From the IMG/VR virus record IMGVR_UViG_3300025131_008632, positions 1 through 53,873 of that record: a stretch of 53,873 bases of DNA; one strand, given 5' to 3'. The position numbers and the translations under genes are program-made. How positions within the stretch are numbered: the stretch's first letter is position 1; every line of letters starts with the position of its first letter. This document shows positions 27,692 through 39,011 of the stretch, piece after piece. The notes under the pieces were generated by a model. That model was not told the DNA's origin, did not search any database, and was given only the letters and a program-made list of their open reading frames with translations. The DNA is from a virus. Lineage: Duplodnaviria; Caudoviricetes.

Positions 27692-30600
27692 CTATACCCC
27701 AAGTGCTATACTGGTCACCGATTTCTTGAATGGATCATCAGGTCTATCAACTGCCTTACCATCAAAATACGGAAGTGATGATGTGAATTCATGACTTAAG
27801 TTTTGACAAGAAGTGTTAATAGGCGACGCAGGTGTCTCAGTACCAGGAATGACAAATTTTATTATAATGGGTGATTCTCTAACTTCTTTGTCTGTAAAAA
27901 ATTTTCCTTCAAGGCGCTGTTCGAGTAAGTCTCTAAATTGACCGTATCTATCTGATCTATAAACTAGAGATGTGTGAATACTGTTAATATCCATAACACC
28001 GTACCTATACCCCCTAGATGAACCTGATCTTGCATAGGTAGAAACAAGGTCAGAGCTAAAGTCGGATTCAATTTTCCATCCCACAGAAAATAGTGATGTA
28101 AGAGTTACAGAGGACGGTAGGGCAAAAAACACATTATCTATCCCTAAAGACCCAGAATAGTTTTCGTACATCACGCTAAGCTCTTGTTGAAAATCCAGAC
28201 GCTTTTGTCCAAAAATGTATGGGAATGGCATTCTATTATTGTTTGCCTCAAAGTAAAAACGTGGATCTGCCCCTCCGTCTGTGCCTTCGTCTGAGACGCC
28301 AAACCAGGCAGCAACAACCTTACTTGTATTTTTCTGAGATGATCTTGTCCATACTTCGCCAGGGTTAGCAATGACAGCGCCTGCGCGCTTAGCATAATCT
28401 ATCGCGCTAGGTAATAGCGTATCATAATATCTTTCACCGACGTCAGAGAGCCTGACAAATCTTTGGAGTGATCCAACTCTTTTAGTGTCGTATACTACCT
28501 TTGAGTTTGTCGTCCTTATTGGTCTGTCAGCAGTTCCTGATACAAAGCTTCCCACAACCTGCCTAACGTTAAACGGATCAGCTCCTGACGACCCTCCATC
28601 AACACCCATAACACCAGTAACATAGCTGTCTAAGTAACTTCCATAATATTCTGCTTTATTTGCAACCTGAAACTGATCCACTATTAATTCTTTAATATCT
28701 TCTCTAACAGCGTCTGATGTTAAAAGTTGATTAACATTGTCATGAAGTTCTACTGTGTCTCTTATTAATGATCCGTAAATTGTCAGCTTGCCAGGTGCTA
28801 CAGGTAAGTGCATATTAATATCAGGATTATTATTCCAAGATGCTGATAAGTTTTGATTAATCCAGACTAAGTTAAGATTATCTTCAGGTAACAATAGATA
28901 CGGAGAAATATCCTTATACGTACCTGATGCTAAGTTCTGGGTCCATGACGTTCCTTGTAATGATATATCATCAGATTGCAATAATTGTGTTCCTACGACA
29001 CCGCCTGCTGGTGATCTTCCATCGCCCATAAACAAACCAAAAGAGGAGGCGCCTGATCTACCGCCTCCCGCGTTATGTTGAATTGTCGCATTATAGATGC
29101 TTGCTTGTCCTCTGGCCATCATGTCTGAAGTGCTAAAAGCACCGTTCGAGAGAACATCAATATCTACATAACCTAAGTTAAACATCATTTCATCTGCAGT
29201 TGTAGGCAAACCAGCATGAAACTCAAGCCTATATGAACCTGTCAAACGCTCATTAAGATCACTAGGTGTATCTGCTACACCCGGTATTAGTGTAATATCC
29301 CTCTCTAACTCTTTAAAAGCACCTTCGTTATTAAAGTCTGAATCGTAGAAAAATGATGCAGTAGAATGATTTGAAGTTGTCCATACAATATCCCCTAAAC
29401 CGATGATATCTCTTTTTCTAGTTGCAATAAAGTTAGGTTTAAAATCTGTCCTATTAACATTTGACCCTGCACTACCTACGCCCTTGATGACAGGAGCTTC
29501 AAATGTTTCGTAAATTTCTTGCTTCGATTGCCTCATCAATGCAAAAGTTGAAAAGAAAGGATAACCAGCCCTGTACCTTTGAGCAGCAGTTTTTACCACA
29601 CTCGGTTCTGTGACAGACGCTCCCCATGATGCTGAAAACTCATATACTATTTTCTCAACTAGAAATGGGTGTTGAATATAGCGTGACATTTTTAGAAGCT
29701 GTGAACCCGTTGCATTAAACTTTTGATCACTGGGAAAACCGGCGTGGCCCGTAATTCTTCCTGCTCTTTGAACGTCTGCTTTTACCCCTATCGTTCCAAA
29801 ATTAGCTGTTCCAAAATCCTGCATAAGTGCTACAGCTGCCAAGCTACCTGTTACTGTTTCAATATTGGGTGCTGCCATATTAGAGTGACTACCAGTAATA
29901 CTACCAAAACCATCTAAAGCCTGTCTGTGATGGTGCATTTCCCATTTTCTAGATTCAAAATTGTAATAAGCTAAGCCTGATCCGATAGTTGAACCTACAC
30001 GCGCTGTTTGGTGAACCCATGCTTGACTTGAAGTTGAAATATAAACGTCACAATTTTCAGAGTTATAGAGATCTAGAACAATTTGAGTTTTACTTCTAAG
30101 CGGAGTATGAAAACCAGGCAAGACATCTCTAGCAGTACCAGTCATGTAAAAACTAGTTGTAAACATGTTGATTCTACTATCATCAAATGGAAGTATATTC
30201 GCACCTGATATTGGCATTTTATATTGAGCGTCTGACACACCTTTTCTGACTGTTGCAGTCGCTGTTATACTACTTGTATAGTCTGACAGAAACTTTGAAC
30301 CTACAGGTAACACGTTAGGATAGCTCACAGTCATATCTGTTTTGTACTCTATTGCATTATGGTCTCTAAAAGGTGAGTTATAGTTACCTAATGTCGATTG
30401 TCTCCCTGTGGTTCTTAGAGTAGTCGGATATGAACCTGTAGCAGTGTCTGATTCTATGATTTGAACTCTAGGGGGTGTAAAAGATATAATACCTGAATCT
30501 AACGTTCCAGATATTGAACCATAAGTCCCAGATCTCAATAAACCACCGTATACTAAAGCATCAGTGCCCTCTCTATTATTATAGTATGTGTAGCCAGCGC

Positions 30601-31414
30601 CTGCTGATTTTCTTAAATAACCGTCAACTAAACCTCTGTCAGACATTGAAGCAGAGAAATTCTGTGTGAGCTTGTATGGAATTATCCTACTATCATCAAA
30701 AGGTATGTCAAGTCTTACAATTTCTGAAATAATACCAGGTACTACCATTCTCCTTATTCCGCTGCCTGTGACTGTAGGTAATCTTGTCTCGATACTATCG
30801 ATATATGGATCAACTTGTGCAGATGCAGTTAAAGGTATGAATTGTTCAATTCTATCAGATCCAAAACCAGGATCCGGATCTATGTTTCCACCCATAAACT
30901 CAGCATGCATACGATGGGCAGCGAAGGGCGACTCTATTCCATTAAAAAGTGCGTCTCTAATTGTGAGCGGTTCTATCACACCGTCGAGACCTGCAGGTGA
31001 CTTTGCTGAAGGATCGAAATAAACTTGAGGATAAGCATCAATATTATTATTGTCTATGAAGTCTTTTGCAACAACAGGTATTTTATCTTTAAAGGGTTTT
31101 TCAGGATCAAAAATGTCTAGATTTCCATAATCTTCAATGCGCAAAGAATGATAATCTTCAAAATTTGAGTCTTTGCTAGCACCATCAAAAGTTCCTGCAT
31201 AAATAACAGGTCTAGCAAGGGTTCTAACAAATTGATTTGCATTCCTAATGCTGACACCTTGTCGAAAATGGAAAGATTGAGGCATTAAACTTGCTGTTGT
31301 TGATCCTGTCAATCTTGATACAACCTCACCGATTGTAGGAACAGATACACTAGTCCCAGGTGAGGAACTAGACAGCACTTTACCAAATCTATCTTTGAAC
31401 GGAGTGAATCCCAT
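27692..31414 (-). CDS. Large putative virion/baseplate protein of unknown family
   Basis: 1240-aa ORF with GAGG Shine-Dalgarno between the gp7-like gene and the fibre gene; rich in [ST][GA]S tripeptides. Confidence 0.6.
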   Translation of the reverse strand: MGFTPFKDRFGKVLSSSSPGTSVSVPTIGEVVSRLTGSTTASLMPQSFHFRQGVSIRNANQFVRTLARPVIYAGTFDGASKDSNFEDYHSLRIEDYGNLDIFDPEKPFKDKIPVVAKDFIDNNNIDAYPQVYFDPSAKSPAGLDGVIEPLTIRDALFNGIESPFAAHRMHAEFMGGNIDPDPGFGSDRIEQFIPLTASAQVDPYIDSIETRLPTVTGSGIRRMVVPGIISEIVRLDIPFDDSRIIPYKLTQNFSASMSDRGLVDGYLRKSAGAGYTYYNNREGTDALVYGGLLRSGTYGSISGTLDSGIISFTPPRVQIIESDTATGSYPTTLRTTGRQSTLGNYNSPFRDHNAIEYKTDMTVSYPNVLPVGSKFLSDYTSSITATATVRKGVSDAQYKMPISGANILPFDDSRINMFTTSFYMTGTARDVLPGFHTPLRSKTQIVLDLYNSENCDVYISTSSQAWVHQTARVGSTIGSGLAYYNFESRKWEMHHHRQALDGFGSITGSHSNMAAPNIETVTGSLAAVALMQDFGTANFGTIGVKADVQRAGRITGHAGFPSDQKFNATGSQLLKMSRYIQHPFLVEKIVYEFSASWGASVTEPSVVKTAAQRYRAGYPFFSTFALMRQSKQEIYETFEAPVIKGVGSAGSNVNRTDFKPNFIATRKRDIIGLGDIVWTTSNHSTASFFYDSDFNNEGAFKELERDITLIPGVADTPSDLNERLTGSYRLEFHAGLPTTADEMMFNLGYVDIDVLSNGAFSTSDMMARGQASIYNATIQHNAGGGRSGASSFGLFMGDGRSPAGGVVGTQLLQSDDISLQGTSWTQNLASGTYKDISPYLLLPEDNLNLVWINQNLSASWNNNPDINMHLPVAPGKLTIYGSLIRDTVELHDNVNQLLTSDAVREDIKELIVDQFQVANKAEYYGSYLDSYVTGVMGVDGGSSGADPFNVRQVVGSFVSGTADRPIRTTNSKVVYDTKRVGSLQRFVRLSDVGERYYDTLLPSAIDYAKRAGAVIANPGEVWTRSSQKNTSKVVAAWFGVSDEGTDGGADPRFYFEANNNRMPFPYIFGQKRLDFQQELSVMYENYSGSLGIDNVFFALPSSVTLTSLFSVGWKIESDFSSDLVSTYARSGSSRGYRYGVMDINSIHTSLVYRSDRYGQFRDLLEQRLEGKFFTDKEVRESPIIIKFVIPGTETPASPINTSCQNLSHEFTSSLPYFDGKAVDRPDDPFKKSVTSIALGV

Positions 31415-31429
31415 TATTTTACCTCTTTC

Positions 31430-34400
31430 CTAATAACCGCCGATCTCACCCACGAGATCGTCAACTGAGTCGCCTTCTCTTGAATCAATAAAATCACCTT
31501 CTTGTATTGCAACAATATCTCTCTCACTTTCATTGAGGTAGATGTCTTGACCTTGAAATCTAAACCTGTGTCGCTCTAGAACATGTGACTCAATCACATA
31601 GTTTACCCCTAAAAACTCAGCCTTTCTAGGAATAATCTGTTCGATAATAGACGTAAATGTTGTATCAAACCATTTGAAAAAATCAAAAAACGTCTTAAGA
31701 TCAAGTCGTTGTGTAAGCCTGTTAAAGTAGATCTTCTGCATTTGGTCCAATTCAGGATAGAAATCATCATACATGAGCCGTGGATCGCCTAAAGCAGATT
31801 CAAACAAGTCGTAACTATTAAATAAACACATAATATCTTCATCGAGTGCTTGCGTACAAGAGAAATCAATGGAAAATCTTGTGTCGTCGTCAGGCTCTTC
31901 GCCTGGAAAAATTTCATAAACTGGTGCTGCACTAGCGTAGTGCTTTTCCTTGATCCTATCTTCATTTAAATAACCCCTTATTCTAACTTTTTCATTTGAT
32001 GTTCTTGTGTCAAACTTAGGTGATAGCATAGAAAAGAAGAACTTTTCAGGTTTAATAATTCTTACACTGGGCTCAAATCCTGATCCTGTTATTACAAAAT
32101 TGGAACCTACGATCGGATCAGTCTTGTTCTGGCTAAAATCTGTCAAAAGTATTTGACCATTAGAATCTGATTTTGTCACAGGTTGATCTGTTGAGCAATT
32201 AAGGCGCAATCTCTCAAATGAACCGCTCTCCCATGTATTAAAGTTAAAGTTTTTAAGTGGTTTGTCAGTACCCAAAGACTTGTAGTTTCTAACATGCTCT
32301 TTCCACTGATCTTCATTAAAACCTTTTGTCCACCAACGGATGTGGCCTACTTCACCCTCAAATGATGTCTCTCTCGTTGCTACAAGCTCTGTGTCTGTAG
32401 TAAATGCTGCATGATGTAAAAATCTCTGATAGGCATATCCGATACTTTGCGATCCTATGAGTATAAATGCGCCGTGAAGATTTTCATTGTCTTTGTTCTC
32501 GAGACAACTGAAGTCTCCTGTGGCCTGTGCTGGGTGTGCAACATAGAGTGTAGAAGAAGCGTAAAATTCTCTAAGTTTGCCGTTTGGTTCAGGTCTCGCA
32601 CATCTTAAAAACCAAGAGCCTGACTTCATATTACCTATTAAGTCATTTCTAAATCGACCAAAGCTAACATTCCACTTTTTCCCATCGAATAAGTTTACAC
32701 CTGTTAACGGTAGGTTTAATAAAGGCGCTGTCTCAAGGCTTGTAGAACTTTTAGGTCGTGCAAAAAGTGTTACCTTGCTGGAACCAGAGTAAGCTACTAA
32801 GTTACAAATCATAGATTGTGATGGTGCTTGAGACGTTCCTGTAATAGCTAGTCTCATTAAACTTTGAGTAAGATTATAAGAACCTGTTGTTCTAACTGGA
32901 AACTTATAAATTGCTTCGTAAGTCCAAGAACCAGATGTAAGCAATCCATCTTCAGGGTTGTCGGAAATACCTGGGCCATGATATCCATCGCTGTGACGCC
33001 ATCCAGTATCAACATTTCTTCTTACATAGCTCCCTACTTTGAGGAGGCCACGCCCGCCAGAAAAGCTAGTGACTGTTAATTGTGATGCCCCGGAGGTGGA
33101 TATCGTTGTATTCCCACCGTGACCTATAATGGAATTTTGAGTTATATTGATTGTGTCATTAGTAGCAGATGTTGTTGACAAAGTTACAATAATTTTTCCA
33201 TCATGACCATTTGCTGATTCTATACACGCCTTGATAGAAGCAGCAACATCACCAACTGCACCGGTTGATCGAGCAAATTGCGGAGGATCTGTTGTTAGAT
33301 CTTGCGCTGCTTTTGCAATATAAGCTTTTGACGTACCATCTGTAGAGATAATTGTTACTGTTCCATCAAGGCTAACATGGCCAGTGACAATGATTTTTCC
33401 TGTTGCTTTAGCAAATGACCCCAGACGATCGACGCCGAAAATTACATCTGGATCTACAAAGGTACCCTGTATTTCAGGTGTCCCTGTCTCGACTCTCGAA
33501 GCTGATAAAAAGCAAGATTGTAATCTTGGCATATAACCATATTCAGGCTTAAGGAACCCTTGTGCATCTTTAGCAGCTGTTACATCTCTAGCTGTAGAAA
33601 AGTCTCCGAGACTTCCTGAAAAATCTAGTAATGTGCTTGCTTCTGACCTTTCCTCTCTTACTTCTGTCAGCTTTCGTGTTGAGGGCCCACCAAATTCTCT
33701 GATACGAAAGTTGTTTCTTGGTTCAATACCCATCGTACGAATAAGTGACTCAATGCCGTGGATTGTACCTTTAGATTTGACTATTTCATTTAAGTTAGTC
33801 AACATTCTTCGCCAAATTTGATTTTGGACGTGATGCAGAGGAGAAGCAGACTTTGAAAAGTCAATTTCTAGATCTTCGCCGTCAATATACTGTGCAATTG
33901 ACGGGTCTTCAAATATCCTTGGAAGTTTTATACCATAGTATCTTGACGCAAATATTAAGAATTTATCAGAGACAGCAGACTGTGAGTCATAGTCTGGATA
34001 TAATATGTTTGAAAAATCATCGATGAATATCTTTAATTCATCAAAGAATTTAGCCCACGTCAACAACAACCCTGTAATTATTTGAGATGAAGTTATTTTA
34101 CCTGAGCCTGGGATAGATGCACCACTGTATGTATTCTCTTCAAGTAAACCCGTGTTTTGATCAGGCAAGCCCTGAATCTGTTGACCCTCTTCAAGATAGT
34201 GACCCGGTATTAGTTTTGTAATTAAGTTGGGATTAGCGTTGTCGTATGAAGAGCCTGTTGAAAGCAATCTTTCATTAAGATTAGCTACTTCAAAATAATT
34301 TGGAAACAAAACAGGTGACGTATTTCTATCTTCAGCTTTAATAGGTGAAATTATATCTTCACCATAAAAACTTCTAGAAAGCCTCAAGATCTGTGAATAA

Positions 34401-35569
34401 TTTTCAATATAACTATGTAAAGAATTTCCAGAACTATCCAAGACAACGCTTTCCATACCGTGAGAGCCTGTGGGTTCATTAAATTTAAAATATAACTTAA
34501 GCTCATTAATTGCATCAGTGTACACATTTTTAAATTTATCAGCTTGCTGTTGAGGGACAGTTCTAGGGGAATGGAAAAATCTAAACTCTTCAAGCGATCC
34601 CGAAAATGTTTGGTGAGGTGTAAAGTATCTTACGTTATCATCTGAATCTGCAATAGATCCTGTCTGCATAGACGATCCCGACCCTATTGTAAAGACAGCA
34701 CCGTTAAAATAGAACTCAGACATATCCGCAGAAAATGAAGTGCCTTCAAGTGTCTCATTAATGTATAGTTTTAGATTGTTCTCGTCTACATGTCTATCAT
34801 AAGTTGCAACAACCCTTTGCCAAGTGCCCTTTTTAAACGGGGCTTTTGCAGTAAGCACTGATGATCCTGACACAGCACTGAATATAATAGATGTACTTGT
34901 TGTACTGTCATTAGAGTCACTAAGTGCTAATAAGAAACCTCTATCTTTTACTCCGGGCACTGCCATTTGGCAAATGACTTGGTTCTTCATTCCGCCTGTT
35001 GTTGATGCTAAAATATGTGTATCAATTGTAAATGTTGAACCTTTTGGTGCTAGTGCGCTGTCACCCGAACCGTTTGATGAAAAATCTGGAAAATTAAGGC
35101 CAGAAGCATCTCTTACATTTATGTAAGACCCTTCGCTGGAATCGCCTTCGACGAATTCTTTGTTGAGATCGTAGTAGCCCGAACCTGAGAAATTTAAATA
35201 ACCCGCGTGTTTAGGAAATTGTTGGTATACCCAATTTTCAAAACCTGTTAGCGAATCAACGAACTCTTCAATTTCTTTTCTTGCACCATCAAAGGGAAAG
35301 TGGTTTATTAGTCTATCAAAGGCCACATTAACTTTAGACACAGCAGAGTCAAAAAAAGTATGATTTGTAAAGTCCGAATAATCTATATTAATTTGTTGTG
35401 TAGATATTAACCCTTCTGATGGACTAGCAAATCTAAACGATCCGGTATTTCCAAAGTTTCTATCAACAAGCTCACCTAAAGAAACATTTCGTGATTGCGC
35501 ACGACGAGAACGATTCGGTTGATCAAAAAGTCTTGGCTTAAATAAATCTATTACTGGATCTTTTGACAT
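31430..35569 (-). CDS. Baseplate wedge protein (P2 gpI / T4 gp7-like core) with two LamG-like domains and an inserted beta module
   Basis: QIWRRMLTNLNEIVKSKGTIHGIESLIRTMGI carries the KGT..GI wedge motif. LamG-like segments are WQRVVATYD...LKLYIN...FSGSLEEFRFF and WTYEAIYKF...FEGEVGHIRWW. It lies downstream of the gp6- and gp25-like genes. Confidence 0.7.
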   Translation of the reverse strand: MSKDPVIDLFKPRLFDQPNRSRRAQSRNVSLGELVDRNFGNTGSFRFASPSEGLISTQQINIDYSDFTNHTFFDSAVSKVNVAFDRLINHFPFDGARKEIEEFVDSLTGFENWVYQQFPKHAGYLNFSGSGYYDLNKEFVEGDSSEGSYINVRDASGLNFPDFSSNGSGDSALAPKGSTFTIDTHILASTTGGMKNQVICQMAVPGVKDRGFLLALSDSNDSTTSTSIIFSAVSGSSVLTAKAPFKKGTWQRVVATYDRHVDENNLKLYINETLEGTSFSADMSEFYFNGAVFTIGSGSSMQTGSIADSDDNVRYFTPHQTFSGSLEEFRFFHSPRTVPQQQADKFKNVYTDAINELKLYFKFNEPTGSHGMESVVLDSSGNSLHSYIENYSQILRLSRSFYGEDIISPIKAEDRNTSPVLFPNYFEVANLNERLLSTGSSYDNANPNLITKLIPGHYLEEGQQIQGLPDQNTGLLEENTYSGASIPGSGKITSSQIITGLLLTWAKFFDELKIFIDDFSNILYPDYDSQSAVSDKFLIFASRYYGIKLPRIFEDPSIAQYIDGEDLEIDFSKSASPLHHVQNQIWRRMLTNLNEIVKSKGTIHGIESLIRTMGIEPRNNFRIREFGGPSTRKLTEVREERSEASTLLDFSGSLGDFSTARDVTAAKDAQGFLKPEYGYMPRLQSCFLSASRVETGTPEIQGTFVDPDVIFGVDRLGSFAKATGKIIVTGHVSLDGTVTIISTDGTSKAYIAKAAQDLTTDPPQFARSTGAVGDVAASIKACIESANGHDGKIIVTLSTTSATNDTINITQNSIIGHGGNTTISTSGASQLTVTSFSGGRGLLKVGSYVRRNVDTGWRHSDGYHGPGISDNPEDGLLTSGSWTYEAIYKFPVRTTGSYNLTQSLMRLAITGTSQAPSQSMICNLVAYSGSSKVTLFARPKSSTSLETAPLLNLPLTGVNLFDGKKWNVSFGRFRNDLIGNMKSGSWFLRCARPEPNGKLREFYASSTLYVAHPAQATGDFSCLENKDNENLHGAFILIGSQSIGYAYQRFLHHAAFTTDTELVATRETSFEGEVGHIRWWTKGFNEDQWKEHVRNYKSLGTDKPLKNFNFNTWESGSFERLRLNCSTDQPVTKSDSNGQILLTDFSQNKTDPIVGSNFVITGSGFEPSVRIIKPEKFFFSMLSPKFDTRTSNEKVRIRGYLNEDRIKEKHYASAAPVYEIFPGEEPDDDTRFSIDFSCTQALDEDIMCLFNSYDLFESALGDPRLMYDDFYPELDQMQKIYFNRLTQRLDLKTFFDFFKWFDTTFTSIIEQIIPRKAEFLGVNYVIESHVLERHRFRFQGQDIYLNESERDIVAIQEGDFIDSREGDSVDDLVGEIGGY

Positions 35570-37101
35570 TATTCATCCACACTAAATCTGGCAGGAACAT
35601 CTGTAAAAATTTGATCAATACCACCATCTTTTATTATAAAATCAAATGCATATGCTCTACCCGGAGCAAGCGCATCCATATAAAAATCAAAATACATACC
35701 GTCAGAGTCTGTAGACAACTTTGTGCCGTTTGATTCTGATTCAAATGGTATTATAATATCACCTGAATCATAGTCTCTAACACGATAAAACATTCTTGTA
35801 TACACTTCACTTTTTGTTTCAAGCGGTAGTTTTTCTGCTTTAATGTCCCTGCCTAGATCTTCTACAAACACTCTAAATCTTGACTTTTCAAATGTTCTAT
35901 ATGTAGAGTTTAGGTTTGTAATATTAACAAAAAGTCTACTAGGTACATTGCTAAATGCAGATCTATCTACTGTCTTCACAACAAAACTAGAAGTATAATA
36001 TCCTAGACCGTATCCTTTGTGTGAACCCCAGTACTCTCTAAATGTTGCTGATCCTGCATTTAAAATTTCATCTTTCAGTGATTGTGTAACTGTAAATTCA
36101 TTTAAAGCAAATGTTGCAGAATATACACCTGTAATAAAATTATCGCCTACCTTGTGTTGCGAAGCAGTTATAGTTTTAGTAAAAAATGTACTTTGTGTAA
36201 CACTTCCAGACTCTATTCTTAACACTAATGAATCAGAACCAGATACTCCGTGCAATAATCCACCTGATCCAGATAGAATATTTGACAATGAGTTTCTGTG
36301 ATAGTTATTTAAGAATAGAGTGCCTGACAAGTTAAAGAAAAAGCTTTTATGATGATCTACAATTGCATCATCATATGCAACAATTAGTTTAGGCCTATTA
36401 TTAAAGTTTGTCCCATGTCGAGATGCAAATCGCTTTACAAACCTTGTTGACGTGTCTGTCTCTTCTGTACCTGAGAATGATAAACGGAAACCTTGATCAG
36501 GAATAATATCTTTCAACGTTGCTGATATAATACTAGTCACATCTATCTCAAGATTCTCCGTCCCTTTCTCAAATGACTGTGTTTTAAATAAATTTACGAC
36601 GCCCGAGCCTAAAGAACCTGATGATATTATATCAGCATTAGTTGAATCTATTAAGCCCTGGTGATTTGCGCCCGTAGCAGACCATGAAGATCCTGAGCTA
36701 GCTGTAATAAAATTTGAAGCACCAATATCTGCAAAACTTACAACATCTCTTCCTTTTCCCTCATTGAAAGATTTTGAAAGTGGAAAAAGTATAACCTTAA
36801 AGTCAGAAGGTGTTGTTTGACCGCCGTATACATCTGTTAATTTTAATGTGCACTTAAATGAAGTATGAGTAATATCTAATGTACTGCTTGTGAGCTCTCT
36901 AAGCGGTGCAAGATTAAACTTAATTAATATGCGTGACAACTCAATTGGTGTTGTGTCAGAGCCTGTTGATGACTCTGCGTATAGTTTAAATAAATCTAGT
37001 GTACCTGCTTGGCCAACATTAGCGTCAGTTGCTCTAAAACTATTGTTAATAATTTTATTGGTAATGTAAGTGTCTTTACTAGCAGTTAATATTCTATACA
37101 T
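35569..37101 (-). CDS. Virion protein with a DNRLRE/carbohydrate-binding-like N-terminal beta-sandwich and an Ig-like C-terminus
   Basis: ASKDTYI...SRILIKFNL...CTLKL...RPKLIVAYDD pattern; lies between baseplate genes. Confidence 0.55.
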   Translation of the reverse strand: MYRILTASKDTYITNKIINNSFRATDANVGQAGTLDLFKLYAESSTGSDTTPIELSRILIKFNLAPLRELTSSTLDITHTSFKCTLKLTDVYGGQTTPSDFKVILFPLSKSFNEGKGRDVVSFADIGASNFITASSGSSWSATGANHQGLIDSTNADIISSGSLGSGVVNLFKTQSFEKGTENLEIDVTSIISATLKDIIPDQGFRLSFSGTEETDTSTRFVKRFASRHGTNFNNRPKLIVAYDDAIVDHHKSFFFNLSGTLFLNNYHRNSLSNILSGSGGLLHGVSGSDSLVLRIESGSVTQSTFFTKTITASQHKVGDNFITGVYSATFALNEFTVTQSLKDEILNAGSATFREYWGSHKGYGLGYYTSSFVVKTVDRSAFSNVPSRLFVNITNLNSTYRTFEKSRFRVFVEDLGRDIKAEKLPLETKSEVYTRMFYRVRDYDSGDIIIPFESESNGTKLSTDSDGMYFDFYMDALAPGRAYAFDFIIKDGGIDQIFTDVPARFSVDE

Positions 37102-37111
37102 TTAAAAAATC

Positions 37112-39007
37112 CTATGTCCCAGTCCCAGTTATATCATCATCTGGATAACGACACTCAAATATTGAGCCTGCAGGACCATACAAAATACCTCTATCGTAGT
37201 TTGCACTACTAGTTGAAACATCAAACATTATGTTGCTGTATTTTCTACCCTGAATATCTGTTGATATGTTCGTTGTTTCAAATGTTGATAGTGCTGTGAC
37301 GCCTGGCTCATTTAAAATAATTGTCATTAAATCAGTCACAATCAAAGGTTGATCAACTTGGAAATTCTTAATATCAAGATATGACTTTAGTCTACTATTG
37401 ATGTTTTGCAACACTATTCTTTTATTATATGTTGTAGAAACTGCAACACTATATGTAACTCCTATATTGACAACCTGTACGTCTAATATATCAACTGCAT
37501 CTGTGATCAGTCTGTGTTGATTTATATATGTGACTAAATTTTCTTTTAAAGAATCAGGTGATACTGCAAGCTGACCTGATTTATTTCTACTGATAATATA
37601 CAGCTGTGTAGATAACGGATTTTGAATATTAGATCTGATTCCTACTCTAAATACTCTACCGAAGTTAGAGGGCATAGTGTAGATTCTTGCGATTAGATCC
37701 TCTTTTGACACTATTCTTGACTGTGAGAATCTTGCAGACAATACTTGTGATCTAAGTTCATTTAATGTGGGCGGGTTTTCACCGCCTGACGCCGCAATTT
37801 CATTATTTACTTCAAGTGAAGCTCTAACAGAAACAATGTTCCCTGTTTCTGCACCCGTAGGAAATCTCATTGACAAACCTGTGATACTCCTTATTGTATT
37901 AGCTGCAACATTATGACCAAGGCCGCCACCAGCACGATATCTAATAGAAATAGTTGTATTTTGAGGTGCCATACCCAATGTTGATGTTCTAAGTAAATTA
38001 TTAGGGTCTATAGAAAATCTACTAAATGTTGATTTTCCGTATAGTGGTAGCGACAGTTCGCTAGGATCAGGCACAATGTCATCGTCCAAAGAATCAGCTT
38101 GACCCGATCCAAATCGTATAGTAGTTAGTCCAGACTGCCTACTAGTAGATACTGTAAATCTATATGGTGCAGGTAGGAGTTCTAAATTTTCAGGTACTTC
38201 ATAAGCGTCTGCACTTGTATTTAACAACCTATTATATACAACATTCTGAGAAAGTGCTTCCACTTCATAATACCGATTTTTTTCTGTATCTGTCACTGTT
38301 AAGATTTCAGATACATTATCAGTACCTAATGTAATCGTTCTAAATGGCATAAATGTATTAGGGACATTGAACTTTTCTTCAATTATTTTTCCAGACATGC
38401 ATGTACCTGTCTGTTTTTGTCCCGCGCCTCGGCCTGCATTTTTTAATATAAAAGTAGACGTTACCAGACCACTTCCAGTACCAGGGTCTTCAATTTTCTT
38501 ATTAATTGTTTTTAAATGAAGGTAGTCTCCATTAGAATCTTTCTCTGCAAAGTCAATGTCTTCTAAAAGTTCAAATAAGACACCGCCATTAGATGAAACA
38601 ACAGTACCTGCTCGTATCACAGGCAAAGCAGAAGCAAGTGGAAACTCTCTTTTAGCTGGATCTGCAGGTACTTCTATATACACTTGAATATCAACAACTG
38701 CAGGAGAAGCGCCTGTAATTTTAACTCCGGCGCTTTTAATAATTTTTTCTAAATTTTTAGTCTCAACTGCTGTTTCGACATTTAACTCATTAAGTTGATG
38801 ATCTAGATAATAACTCATAACATCACCAACATATGCTGCCATATCCAAAAATAGGCCGCCAACAGAAGCTTCTGAAAAATCTTGTATTTGTTCTCCAAAA
38901 TATGTCTGAGCATATAAGAGTAGATCATTTTTAAAACCGTCAAAGTCTTTGTTAAGATAAGACCTTGTTGCTTTTCTTTTAAGTTTATCTCTTAAATCGT
39001 CTGCCAT
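37112..39007 (-). CDS. Baseplate wedge subunit (T4 gp6 / P2 gpJ-like)
   Basis: YLNKDFDGFKNDL, DFSEASVGGLFLDMAAYVGDVMSYYLDHQLNE, IRFGSG, YRAGGGLGHNV, ASGG...ELR and QSRIVSKED motifs. Confidence 0.9.
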   Translation of the reverse strand: MADDLRDKLKRKATRSYLNKDFDGFKNDLLLYAQTYFGEQIQDFSEASVGGLFLDMAAYVGDVMSYYLDHQLNELNVETAVETKNLEKIIKSAGVKITGASPAVVDIQVYIEVPADPAKREFPLASALPVIRAGTVVSSNGGVLFELLEDIDFAEKDSNGDYLHLKTINKKIEDPGTGSGLVTSTFILKNAGRGAGQKQTGTCMSGKIIEEKFNVPNTFMPFRTITLGTDNVSEILTVTDTEKNRYYEVEALSQNVVYNRLLNTSADAYEVPENLELLPAPYRFTVSTSRQSGLTTIRFGSGQADSLDDDIVPDPSELSLPLYGKSTFSRFSIDPNNLLRTSTLGMAPQNTTISIRYRAGGGLGHNVAANTIRSITGLSMRFPTGAETGNIVSVRASLEVNNEIAASGGENPPTLNELRSQVLSARFSQSRIVSKEDLIARIYTMPSNFGRVFRVGIRSNIQNPLSTQLYIISRNKSGQLAVSPDSLKENLVTYINQHRLITDAVDILDVQVVNIGVTYSVAVSTTYNKRIVLQNINSRLKSYLDIKNFQVDQPLIVTDLMTIILNEPGVTALSTFETTNISTDIQGRKYSNIMFDVSTSSANYDRGILYGPAGSIFECRYPDDDITGTGT

Positions 39008-39011
39008 TCTT

